From contig CAYRUS010000002.1 of assembly GCA_964427735.1 (NCBI GenBank), positions 3,734 through 67,733 on the forward strand: 64,000 bases of DNA. Reading direction: 5' to 3'. Made by a program: the position numbers and the translations under genes. Positions 38,769 through 48,426 of this stretch are shown here, piece by piece (position 1 is the first letter of the stretch; every line of letters begins with the position of its first letter). Under the pieces are notes generated by a model. That model worked only from the letters and a program-made list of their open reading frames with translations, was not told the DNA's origin and did no database searches. The stretch is from an uncultured Gammaproteobacteria bacterium. GTDB lineage: Bacteria > Patescibacteriota > Microgenomatia > UBA8517.

Positions 38769-41700
38769 TTATACTTTATACTTTTTTAGTATATACTCTC
38801 TTCTTTTAAGTAGTGTATCAATGAGTAATTTTTTGTCATTCGGACTTAATTGTGTCTGCCCTATCAGAGTTATAATAAGTTCGGGAGTAATAGTTTTTTT
38901 TAGTCTTAATGCTTGCTCTCTTTCTTTTTCATAAGTTAAATTTCTATACTGATTTCTCATTCCAGTTCCTTTAATTCCATCAATACTGTCTTCGACCTCA
39001 ACTACGTTGTTCGTAAAAGATTCTGAGCCGCTATGTGTGTCTTTTTTTCGCCCAGTTGCTGTATAAAACAAAGCCCCTCCATTATCAATACGCAGCTTAC
39101 CAACCGTTAAATCTAAAAGATTTTGTGATTGTGCCCAGGCGATATCCCAGTTTGCCATCCACGCATCTATAATAAAGCCATTTTCTAATGGTTCGTCTTC
39201 ACCTGCATAGTTTTTATTTTCACCATCAACCCATTTTGAAGTAAAAGCAACTCTACCATCCACGATCCTTACCATGGTGTCAGGGACTGCGACACCATAT
39301 GCTTCATAAAATTTACAGGCCAACCATTCCGACCAAACCCTATCCCTTTCCATAAATTTTACATAATATCTTTGCAAGCCTCCTGCTTCTGGTACTAAGT
39401 ACACTCCACCAGGATTACTGCCAAGGGCTTTTGTCTGCTGTAGTGATGCATCCCAGATTTCTAATTCTAAATCAAGGTTATAGTGTGCACGCAATTCATC
39501 GTACTCTTCAGGAGTGAATAATAATTTTTCCGCCTTATCATAAACAGGAACATAGAAACCATTTTCTGCGATGCCAAATCGAACCTCATCTATTTCTTTT
39601 TCATCTACCAACTCGGTGTCAATGATCACACCCGAGAGAGCTGTCGCTGATTCAGCTGCAAATTTTAGTGCATGATCTGAACCACTCCCACCTTTTACAA
39701 TATCGTTATCTGGTCTAAAAATCAACACTAAACCTTGATTAAAATAATTAGAATAAGTATTTGTTTTCTCTTCTAAGATTCTACGAAAACTTCCATTATT
39801 ATTTTTAATACTTTGTTCTTCTACTATCGCATAGTCATTAAAAAAAGGATAAGCGTCTTTGTTATTTTGTTTCACAATACATTCTCCACACAATAAACCA
39901 CTTCTTAAAATTCTACTCAAGTTTTCAGTCTTGGTAGCATGTAATCGCACATTAGGAGTCAAAAGTTGACTAGTGCTAGTCAGGTTCCTGTTCCTAAGAT
40001 CCGCTGATTTTTTTTCTTCTTTAGAACCTGAACTTTCGATCGCTTCTCTAATTTTACTTCTTAAGACCGATTTTTTTTCATCTGATGTAAGTGTATTAAA
40101 TTTAACATGACGATCTACACCACTCTCATCAAAATTTATCCAATACTCTATAGATAGGTTCTCTAGCTCACGTTGATTGTTATTAACTGCAAAAAAGTAT
40201 ACTTTTTCCCAAAATGGTAGATTTGGATTAGTAAATTGCCTAACTATGTTCAATGCTTCTACTTGAGGGTTGGTACCTAGAAATACAGCATTAAAAAAAG
40301 TCTCATTAGAATCTGCCAAGACACCACCAGGTTTTAAAGCAATCAGAACATCTTTATCCTCTAATAAATTTATAAGGTCTTCAATTTGAAGAGGGTTTTT
40401 TGATAAATAATCTAATATCTGTGGAGAGGTGTCGAGAAACAATTTCTTAGCATCATCGCTTAACTTATTCAATCGTGTATTTACTATATCTAATATCTGA
40501 TCTGGATTTTCTTTACTATCAAACTTTTCTGCAGCCAAAATTAATCCTAAGATAGAAATGTCATTGTGATTACGGACAACTTCCACAACAATAGATTGAA
40601 AAGCCTCACTATTCTCTAATTTGTCTAGAAGATTATTGTTATTTATGAAAGTAATGTTGTTAAAACTTAGATCAGAAAATGGAATAGCATCAATCAAAGC
40701 TAATTTTGTCTCTTCTGAAATGTCCATGTTGTCTACCTTTAAGGCCAAATATGACATACCGTCAAATAATCTTTGTCTCTTTATTGTGTTCCCTAATGGT
40801 GAAGCCTGATACCACTCAGTATAAAGTTTATTGAGTTGTGGAATAGACTTCTCGAATATTCTTTTAATTACAGGGTTGCTAAACCCACTTGAAGAATCTA
40901 TAAATTTTTTAAACAATTTCGGAGTTGCATAAAATGCAGACTCATCGCCATTGTGAATCTTCTCCCTTATTTCTTCTAACAACCGGACACCTACGGGTTC
41001 CATTGACATAAACTCAATAAAAGAAATGTCATGACTTTTTATTTCTAGCTTGTCATCTGTGACATAATTAAATGCTTCAGGATATTTGTTTAAACGTAAA
41101 ATAGACCCAAGCTCATGAACAAAGATTGAAGAGTTATTATCAACAATTTTCCTAACGATTTGATGCTGAGTAAGTGCCCCAAGGTCAAGTGTTTTTTGGT
41201 ATACATCTTTTACAATTTCGTAAAAATCAAAACCTGCTTCAGGTGTTTTGTCCATGGCAAATACATCACCAAATATTCCATAATCTCCGATTTCTGCTGC
41301 AAATTGCCTTAGTTTTTTATCTATGACAAGTTGTTCCAAAGCTTTTCTTTGATCTAAAAAACCATATGTAAAATATTCATTAACTCTGCCATCTGAAGCT
41401 CGAACAAGTTCCGACAACTCTTCATCCTCATGAGAGTCAATAAAGTTAAAAAACTCCTCCCTCATCCAGCGATTTGGTTGAAAATCTAAATTATGCTTAC
41501 GCGTGATCTTGTTAAACCTCGCGAGTTTTTGTGCTTTTTCTTTTCCAAGAAATGGTGTGAATCTTGCTACATCCAGATAATATAAACCTACATCTACGAT
41601 TTTTTGTTCAATTATATCTAGCCTATTATTAGCTTCCTTATTATTATCATCTAATGAATCTCTAAGATTTCTAATTCTATCCAAGGCACTATTCCATCTT

Positions 41701-41789
41701 TCGTTGATTCGATCTTGAATTGGTACATCAGTCTTTTCTGGTAATGATGGATCGGAGAATTTTTCTTGAGTTGTCGCCTCTTCAGCCAT
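38769..41789 (-). CDS. 1006-aa multidomain protein: helical N-region, ART-like domain, C-terminal HipA/PI3K-like kinase domain
   Basis: LHATKTENLSRILRSGL; LGSNPGGVY, YYVK, SEWLA..FY...GVAVP, DAWMANWD...N, RIDNGG. Confidence 0.7.
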   Translation of the reverse strand: MAEEATTQEKFSDPSLPEKTDVPIQDRINERWNSALDRIRNLRDSLDDNNKEANNRLDIIEQKIVDVGLYYLDVARFTPFLGKEKAQKLARFNKITRKHNLDFQPNRWMREEFFNFIDSHEDEELSELVRASDGRVNEYFTYGFLDQRKALEQLVIDKKLRQFAAEIGDYGIFGDVFAMDKTPEAGFDFYEIVKDVYQKTLDLGALTQHQIVRKIVDNNSSIFVHELGSILRLNKYPEAFNYVTDDKLEIKSHDISFIEFMSMEPVGVRLLEEIREKIHNGDESAFYATPKLFKKFIDSSSGFSNPVIKRIFEKSIPQLNKLYTEWYQASPLGNTIKRQRLFDGMSYLALKVDNMDISEETKLALIDAIPFSDLSFNNITFINNNNLLDKLENSEAFQSIVVEVVRNHNDISILGLILAAEKFDSKENPDQILDIVNTRLNKLSDDAKKLFLDTSPQILDYLSKNPLQIEDLINLLEDKDVLIALKPGGVLADSNETFFNAVFLGTNPQVEALNIVRQFTNPNLPFWEKVYFFAVNNNQRELENLSIEYWINFDESGVDRHVKFNTLTSDEKKSVLRSKIREAIESSGSKEEKKSADLRNRNLTSTSQLLTPNVRLHATKTENLSRILRSGLLCGECIVKQNNKDAYPFFNDYAIVEEQSIKNNNGSFRRILEEKTNTYSNYFNQGLVLIFRPDNDIVKGGSGSDHALKFAAESATALSGVIIDTELVDEKEIDEVRFGIAENGFYVPVYDKAEKLLFTPEEYDELRAHYNLDLELEIWDASLQQTKALGSNPGGVYLVPEAGGLQRYYVKFMERDRVWSEWLACKFYEAYGVAVPDTMVRIVDGRVAFTSKWVDGENKNYAGEDEPLENGFIIDAWMANWDIAWAQSQNLLDLTVGKLRIDNGGALFYTATGRKKDTHSGSESFTNNVVEVEDSIDGIKGTGMRNQYRNLTYEKEREQALRLKKTITPELIITLIGQTQLSPNDKKLLIDTLLKRREYILKKYKV

Positions 41790-41940
41790 AATATATTATC
41801 CTTTAAACTAAAACTGGTTTTACTTCTTTAGTGTATTTACTTACAATTTTTGATTATCCTTCTAAAAGTTAATCAAATTTTCGGAATTTTTCACTCATTT
41901 TTGTTTCAGATGGTAATACCTATATTTACTAATATTTGTT

Positions 41941-42096
41941 TTAAATTTCTTTTTTTAATTCTTCGAGCTTATCTAGTTTTTCCTTTTCGACTACCTCTTT
42001 TATAACATCTTGTGCTTCTTTTTCTAGGTCTAGTAATGTATTTTCAAATTCTTTGAGGATGTCATCATATATTGTAGCAGTCTTTTTCTGTGCCAT
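41941..42096 (-). CDS. 51-aa helical small protein (not in ORF track)
   Basis: MAQKKTATIYDDILKEFENTLLDLEKEAQDVIKEVVEKEKLDKLEELKKEI*. Confidence 0.6.
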   Translation of the reverse strand: MAQKKTATIYDDILKEFENTLLDLEKEAQDVIKEVVEKEKLDKLEELKKEI

Positions 42097-42137
42097 TAAA
42101 ATTAAGATAACAAATAATTGATCAAATTATCAAGATT

Positions 42138-42974
42138 TTACCTTGATGTGCTTATTAGGTTGAAGAATAGATATGCTATCGTTACTGGACCTATCCCGCC
42201 AGGTACTGGCGTCACAAAGGAAGCTTTTTTATACACTGACTCGTCAAAATCTCTTTTAGGAGAACCTACATCAATTGCAATTACACCACCTTCTACCATG
42301 GTTTCAGTTATTATATTTGGCTTTCCTGCAGCAGAAATAACAATATCAGCTTTTTTTGTCAGCTCTTCTAGATTTTCAGTATCAATATCAACTTCGATAA
42401 TTTCATATTCATAAGCATCTCTTAGTTTTGTTACAATCTTGCTCCCAACAAACCCTTTAGCCCCAACTACTACCACCTTTAAAGGAGGCTCCTTTAAAGG
42501 TGGAGGTTTTGCCGCTTTTAGTGCGTGGTCTACGGCCAACACAACAGGTGCTACAAAATTTGAATTATTTCTCATCCCATCCACATCCTTTTTGCTGTCG
42601 ATAGAATTTATTACTTTATCCTGATCCATTTTTGTAAAGTGTACTGGTAAAGGCAACTGAACCATAACCCCATCCACTAATTTGTCTTTGTTTAGTTTTT
42701 CAATCGTATCAATGATTTGATTTATCGATACGTTTTCAGGATATTTATCTAGGGTAAAGTTTATGCCGACACTTTCAGCTGCTTTTTGTTTAAGACTAGA
42801 ATATTTTAAGTTTCCCATTCTATCCCCTGCTACTATACTAATCAATTTTGGCTTCCTGCCATTAGAATTTGCAAACCCTTGTACGTCCTGTCTAACTGAC
42901 TTTAGAATATTCTCTGCTTCAGTTTTTCCATCAAAAATTATTGTATTCATTGGTTTATTGGGTATTTTTGACAT
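42138..42974 (-). CDS. folD: Methylene-THF dehydrogenase/cyclohydrolase
   Basis: DGVMVQLPLP, KDVDG, TPVPGGIGPVT; true start probably 42950. Confidence 0.95.
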   Translation of the reverse strand: MSKIPNKPMNTIIFDGKTEAENILKSVRQDVQGFANSNGRKPKLISIVAGDRMGNLKYSSLKQKAAESVGINFTLDKYPENVSINQIIDTIEKLNKDKLVDGVMVQLPLPVHFTKMDQDKVINSIDSKKDVDGMRNNSNFVAPVVLAVDHALKAAKPPPLKEPPLKVVVVGAKGFVGSKIVTKLRDAYEYEIIEVDIDTENLEELTKKADIVISAAGKPNIITETMVEGGVIAIDVGSPKRDFDESVYKKASFVTPVPGGIGPVTIAYLFFNLISTSR

Positions 42975-44251
42975 AAGACTTTGACTTCTTTTCGAATATT
43001 TAATAAATACTTATCCTTTGAGGCTCTCTCCTTAAATTTTTTTACAAATACACTTCTTTTATCTGGCTCATTAGGTAAACTGTTTACTTTTACATGTTCA
43101 ATTACTAAATATATCCATTCTGCGATTTTTTTCATTTCCCGCTTTCCCATACCTCGAGTTGTAACTGCAGGTGTGCCAAGTCTAACACCAGATGGATAAA
43201 ACGGTGGCATTGTGTCATTGGGAACAGAGTTCTGGTTAACTATAATTCCTGCAGCCTCAAGAGCAATCGATGCGATATTGCCAGACAATCCTATATCCCG
43301 AAGATCAATTAGCATCAAGTGGCTCTCAGTACCCCCTGCTACAAGGACTAGGCCGTGATTTTCAAGCTCATCGGATAAAACTTTTGCATTTTCAATTACT
43401 TTTTTTGCATACTTCTGGAATGCTTTAGTCGAAGCTTCAGCTAGACAAATTGCAATTGCAGCTGTTTGATTGTTATGCGGCCCTCCTTGAAGCCCAGGTA
43501 TTATTGCACTGTTTATTTTTTTACCTAAATCAGGATCTTTTTTTAATCCTTTTTTTGTGACCATTATTATTGCCCCCCGTGGTCCTCGTAAAGTTTTATG
43601 GGTTGTAGTTGTTATAATATGAGCAAAATCTTTTGGGTCAGGATAAACCCCTGCAACTATTAATCCTGCTACATGTGATATATCTGCAACTAACCAAGCA
43701 TTTATAGAATCAGCAATATCTCCAAATTTTTCCCAATCAAGCCTCAAAGGATAAGCAGTTGTTCCTATCATCATAACTGTTGGTTTTTCTTTTTTGGCTA
43801 TGTCTTTAATTTGCTGATAATTCAAAAGACCATTTTTATCCAATCCAAACTGAATAGATTTAAAATACTTACCTGAAAAAGTTACATTTGGATGTCCATG
43901 AGTCAAGTGTCCACCAGACGAAAGAGACAAACCCATTATCGTATCTCCGGGATTTGCTAGTGCAAAGTAAACGGCAGAATTTGCTGGTGAACCTGAATAT
44001 GCCTGTACATTTGCAAATGGTACTCCAAAAAGATTTTTAGCTCTTTCTATTGCAAGAGTTTCGATTTTGTCAATAAATTTGTTTCCTTGGTAATAGCGTC
44101 TTCCCGGGTAACCTTCAGAATATTTATTCATTAAAACGCTGCCAACCGCCTTCATAACCTTTGGAGATGCATAATTCTCAGAAGGAATCATCATCAGAGT
44201 TTCCTGCTGCCTTTGCTTTTCATTATTTATAAGATCAAAAATCTCATCCAT
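42947..44251 (-). CDS. glyA: Serine hydroxymethyltransferase
   Basis: SENY, NKYSEGYPGRRYY, TTTTHKTLRGPRG. Confidence 0.98.
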   Translation of the reverse strand: MDEIFDLINNEKQRQQETLMMIPSENYASPKVMKAVGSVLMNKYSEGYPGRRYYQGNKFIDKIETLAIERAKNLFGVPFANVQAYSGSPANSAVYFALANPGDTIMGLSLSSGGHLTHGHPNVTFSGKYFKSIQFGLDKNGLLNYQQIKDIAKKEKPTVMMIGTTAYPLRLDWEKFGDIADSINAWLVADISHVAGLIVAGVYPDPKDFAHIITTTTHKTLRGPRGAIIMVTKKGLKKDPDLGKKINSAIIPGLQGGPHNNQTAAIAICLAEASTKAFQKYAKKVIENAKVLSDELENHGLVLVAGGTESHLMLIDLRDIGLSGNIASIALEAAGIIVNQNSVPNDTMPPFYPSGVRLGTPAVTTRGMGKREMKKIAEWIYLVIEHVKVNSLPNEPDKRSVFVKKFKERASKDKYLLNIRKEVKVLCQKYPINQ

Positions 44252-44295
44252 ATTAAAGAGATTTTAGCACGGAGAAGAAAAATATAATATCTTGA

Positions 44296-44895
44296 TTAAA
44301 ACTTTGATTTAGGTTTACCTGGTACTTGGTGATGATTGGGACACCTAGCAACATATGACTCACTTCCACCTATTAAAACTATTGGTTGATTATAGTCTGC
44401 TGGTTCATTGTCTATCAGTCTTTGTGTTCTAGTAGCGTCTGCTCCGCAAATATCCCCATTATTTCTGTGTGTGCAAATTGCTTTTGTTTTAATAATCTCA
44501 TCAGAAAGTGCAAGTAGATAAGGCATCTGTCCAAAATTTTCACCTCTAAAATCAAGAGGTAATCCTGCAACTATGACTTCAATATCTCTTTCTAAAAGTA
44601 TTTTCACAACAGGAACAATATGTTCGTCAAAAAATTGCACCTCATCAATTGCTACTATATTTGTGTTTGGGCTTAGGTTCTCTAAAATTTGTTTGGAACT
44701 GCTTAGTGGGGTCGCTTCGTGTTCTGCACCAGAATGGGAGCTAATTTTTCTGACTTTTCCCCACCTATCGTCAATAACTGGCTTGAATACCTGCACTCTT
44801 CTCTCTGCAATCTCTGCACGAGTTATAAGCTTTATTAGCTCCTCTGTTTTCCCTGAAAACATGGAACCAGCAATGCTTGTAAGTCTTTCTGTCAT
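44296..44895 (-). CDS. tdk: Thymidine kinase
   Basis: GSMFSGKTEELI, IDEVQFF, GLPLDFRG, zinc/lasso region. Confidence 0.96.
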   Translation of the reverse strand: MTERLTSIAGSMFSGKTEELIKLITRAEIAERRVQVFKPVIDDRWGKVRKISSHSGAEHEATPLSSSKQILENLSPNTNIVAIDEVQFFDEHIVPVVKILLERDIEVIVAGLPLDFRGENFGQMPYLLALSDEIIKTKAICTHRNNGDICGADATRTQRLIDNEPADYNQPIVLIGGSESYVARCPNHHQVPGKPKSKF

Positions 44896-44899
44896 TAAA

Positions 44900-45547
44900 C
44901 TAAATTATTCCTTTTTTCTTTAATACACAAACGGTATCCTGGTGAACTTTATCAATAGGTTGATTTGCATCAATTCGGTTCCAAATTTTACTATAAAATT
45001 TTCCTATATTACGGTAGTTTTTTCGCACTTTTCTATGAAAATCGACTTCCATTTTGTCATACCTATCTAGATCATCTTTCCCTGACCTTCTAAGGACTGC
45101 AATCTCTGGACTTAAGTCGTAAAATAGAACACAGTCTGGTCTTGTATTCTTTGTTGCAATAAGACTTACAGCCCATATAACTAATTTATTAACTCCTTCT
45201 GTGCCTTGATATGCCCATGTTGAATACCAGTATCTATCTAATAATACGTTTTTGCCTTTGTCCAGAATCGGTAAAACACACTGCCTCATAAGCTGGGCTC
45301 TTGCCGCAGAATATGCAAATAGAGCAGCATAGGGGTTAACTTCATAATCATAATTTTCTTTCATTTGCACTGCAGTACGCATCAACTCACCAAATCCCGT
45401 ACCTCCTGGTTCCCTGTATGCATCCCAGTTGTTATTTATAAGAAACCTTTCCCACAAATATTGAATCTGAGTAGACTTCCCCGCAGCTACTCCACCTTCA
45501 ACGACTAATAATTTTCCTCTCTGATGCAGTCCTTCGTTTTCTTTCAT
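44900..45547 (-). CDS. tmk: Thymidylate kinase
   Basis: EGGVAAGKSTQ, REPGGT, LDRYWYSTWAYQG. Confidence 0.96.
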   Translation of the reverse strand: MKENEGLHQRGKLLVVEGGVAAGKSTQIQYLWERFLINNNWDAYREPGGTGFGELMRTAVQMKENYDYEVNPYAALFAYSAARAQLMRQCVLPILDKGKNVLLDRYWYSTWAYQGTEGVNKLVIWAVSLIATKNTRPDCVLFYDLSPEIAVLRRSGKDDLDRYDKMEVDFHRKVRKNYRNIGKFYSKIWNRIDANQPIDKVHQDTVCVLKKKGII

Positions 45548-45567
45548 ATTTTCTACTATTCAGGTTG

Positions 45568-46491
45568 TTAGTTTATAAATCCCAATTGTTTTAATTTTGA
45601 AATAGCTTCATTTAATTCTCTTGTATTTGACAGCCCAATGTCGTTTGCAAGTCTTACAATACCTTCACCATCAACCTCTACGTCATTTTCTAGAATCATT
45701 TTTATTAGCTCTTTTTCTAATCTCGATAAACTCAAAGACTCAGTCTTGTAATCCTGAAATGCTTCCCATGCAATAGGTACTGAGTCTTTTACAATAGTTG
45801 CGATAGCATTGGCATATTCTCTGATTTCATATTGAGCATGAGGATCCATTCTTAAATTAAGAAAGTTCAACAGGTTATGAAGATCAATTTTCCAATACCA
45901 TTGTGTGTAAATATTTACAGGTAAATTCGCTCGTGCAAGCTCTCTCGCCACACCCATATCCAGCAGTCTTTCGTAAGTATCATAAGTTTGAGCTGCATCT
46001 TCCATTAGCATGTTTTGCACTTTTTTCGCTTGATCTGGATTTAGTTTATCTCCTCGTCCTTGACGATTTGAAGAAGACTGCTCTGCTATTGCATTTACAT
46101 CAGGGATATAAAATTCCTTGTCTAGTATTGAATAACGAGCTGAATACTCATTCACATTTGCAGTTCTATGTCTTATCCATTGTCGTGCAACAAATAGCGG
46201 CATTTTTGCATGGAATTTAAATTCGACCATCTCAAAAGGAGTAGTATGATGATGTCTTAACAAATATCTTATGAGTCCTCTAGTTTGACTTACTTTACGT
46301 GTTCCAGTTCCGTATGATACTCGTGCGGCTTCTTCGATTGAGTTGTCATTGCCCATGTAATCAACAAGATAAACAAATCCATAATCAAAGACAGGAATAA
46401 CTTTGCCTAGCCACTTTTCAGCACCATCGCTAATTTGTCTTTTGCTTTTTCTTTCTTGATAATTTAAATCTTGGATTTCTTTACTAGACAT
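45568..46491 (-). CDS. thyX: FAD-dependent thymidylate synthase
   Basis: AARVSY, HTTPFE, RQWIRHRTANVNEYSARY, AQYEIR. Confidence 0.97.
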   Translation of the reverse strand: MSSKEIQDLNYQERKSKRQISDGAEKWLGKVIPVFDYGFVYLVDYMGNDNSIEEAARVSYGTGTRKVSQTRGLIRYLLRHHHTTPFEMVEFKFHAKMPLFVARQWIRHRTANVNEYSARYSILDKEFYIPDVNAIAEQSSSNRQGRGDKLNPDQAKKVQNMLMEDAAQTYDTYERLLDMGVARELARANLPVNIYTQWYWKIDLHNLLNFLNLRMDPHAQYEIREYANAIATIVKDSVPIAWEAFQDYKTESLSLSRLEKELIKMILENDVEVDGEGIVRLANDIGLSNTRELNEAISKLKQLGFIN

Positions 46492-46724
46492 TTGTATTTT
46501 GACTATTTCTCTAAATTTACTTACTACTTATACCACAAAGCTCCCTATCCTTCCATATCTTTGGAAGCACATCTTCTGGTTTCCAATTGCTTTTTAACTC
46601 TTCAATAATTAATGTTCTAAAATTTCTCTATCAAATAAGACGGGAAATTTATGTGAATTTTGCTCTGGCTCTTCCATTAGCGAGACTATAGTGGATAAAA
46701 ATATCTGAACCAACAAAAGAGATA

Positions 46725-48368
46725 CTAATTATAATATTGCTCAAATCTTTTACTAAATTCTTCATCTGGCAAATCATAAATCAATCCACCGCCATTAAAA
46801 GTCCCAAAAACTCTAACTACCCCTTCTAACTTGTCTCTATCCCCGAGAGCTTTTAGAACTAATAGATTCCAGGCTTTGTAATATAAATGGTTGAATAAAT
46901 ACGAACCTGTCTCGTCACGGAAATTCAAACCTTCTATTGTTTCAAGTTGTGTTTTGTGAATTGTGCTAATCTCTCTATCGATTTCCTCCCCATACTCACC
47001 ATACAAACCCAAAACAATTTCTTTATAATCTTCAAACTCTTCATTTGAAAGTTCAGAGCGCAAAACCACTTGCAAAGCATAGGCTGAAAATGGCAGAAAT
47101 GTCGTAGATCTAATTTCCGTAAAATTATTAAAAATATTCTCGCCAAGCCATTCTTTAGCCTCTTCTCTTGTTTCAACTTTCCTCAAAGCAGCAAAATCAA
47201 CCATGTTAAGATCAATACCTTCTTCAGAATAATCTTCTAAAATATAATTTTCTAATAAGTCCTGAAAATAGTGTTTAAATTCTGATTCAACATCGCCCCC
47301 ATTACTTTTTATTTCAAGTATTTTACCGCTAAACCAATCTTCCCAATCTGTTTCAAGTAATTCTTCTGTTTCGCTCCGCACCCCTACATGTCCTTCTAGC
47401 GAGGAAAAAAGCTTGCTATCAAAGTCATCAGGATTATCCGGTCTATACCTGAATTTTGTTACAATCTTCAAATCTGGCTCAACTTTAAGCTTTTTAGCTA
47501 TACTATTTGCATATCTAAACAGCTTTAAGGCATACACATAATCCTCACCTGATTTTGCCGGTGGAAACCCTCCTACTTCCTTATAAGCTGAGACTTTGCT
47601 AATAAGTGAGGGCGTCCCTACAACCATACCATATCCATTAGCAGCTCTTTTTGTTACGGAATATTCATTAATAAATGTAGATATAGACATTTTTACAAAA
47701 TCATTTTCAGAAGATTCTTCTGAGAGTTCCCACTTATGAGTGGCAACAACTCCTACTGTTTCATCATCAAACGAACTAGTAACTTCTTCAAAATAACCAT
47801 CTTCTATACTAACATCTGCATCTAAATTAAAGATTATAGTATCCTCTTTTGTATCAGTCTCTTGAGATCTGCTTACTGCTATTTCATCACCAATGTTTCT
47901 TAGATCACCGATTATCACATCATCCACACCAGTTGTAGACATATCTACATAACTAATTCTTAATCCACTTTTTCTGACCATATTTAATTGATCTGTTTCT
48001 TCATCGGACAATAATTTTGGAATTTCAGTACCAGTTTGGATGTAATCAAATATTTGTATAGTTTTTTGATTATCATCATATCCTTCAGTTTTGCTTTCAG
48101 CATCTGAATCTTTATTGTTAACAATAAATACAACATCAAATTCTTCACTGCTCATTGACTGTTTAGCAAAACCGGTTAGTAAGTTCAAAATATTACCATT
48201 GGAAAGCTCTCTATAAACTGGAATTACTACCGTAGCTTTATTTGTTCTTGTTTGAGGCATTTCTTTTAATGTGTAGGATTTGCCTCGATATTCTATTTCA
48301 CTAACTCTGAGATTTACATTTTCAGTATTTTCTGGGGGATTAGTATTCTCTACTATACTCTCTTCCAT
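46725..48368 (-). CDS. GT2-like (GT-A fold) glycosyltransferase with acidic extensions
   Basis: VVIPVYRE, LDAD, AYKEVGGF...GED. Confidence 0.75.
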   Translation of the reverse strand: MEESIVENTNPPENTENVNLRVSEIEYRGKSYTLKEMPQTRTNKATVVIPVYRELSNGNILNLLTGFAKQSMSSEEFDVVFIVNNKDSDAESKTEGYDDNQKTIQIFDYIQTGTEIPKLLSDEETDQLNMVRKSGLRISYVDMSTTGVDDVIIGDLRNIGDEIAVSRSQETDTKEDTIIFNLDADVSIEDGYFEEVTSSFDDETVGVVATHKWELSEESSENDFVKMSISTFINEYSVTKRAANGYGMVVGTPSLISKVSAYKEVGGFPPAKSGEDYVYALKLFRYANSIAKKLKVEPDLKIVTKFRYRPDNPDDFDSKLFSSLEGHVGVRSETEELLETDWEDWFSGKILEIKSNGGDVESEFKHYFQDLLENYILEDYSEEGIDLNMVDFAALRKVETREEAKEWLGENIFNNFTEIRSTTFLPFSAYALQVVLRSELSNEEFEDYKEIVLGLYGEYGEEIDREISTIHKTQLETIEGLNFRDETGSYLFNHLYYKAWNLLVLKALGDRDKLEGVVRVFGTFNGGGLIYDLPDEEFSKRFEQYYN

Positions 48369-48426
48369 AGAATTACATATATTTCAATCAGTATATCATT
48401 GTAGAAGCTTTTTAATTTTATTAAGT

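Noticed and set aside
41941-42096. Small ORF next to folD as xseB
   Set aside because: Lacks the XseB pattern (FEEAL..LE.IV..LE, L.LEES); kept as hypothetical
46515-46676. Short minus-strand ORF MEEPEQNSHKF... upstream of thyX
   Set aside because: Broken by a stop and a frame change; at most a decayed relic
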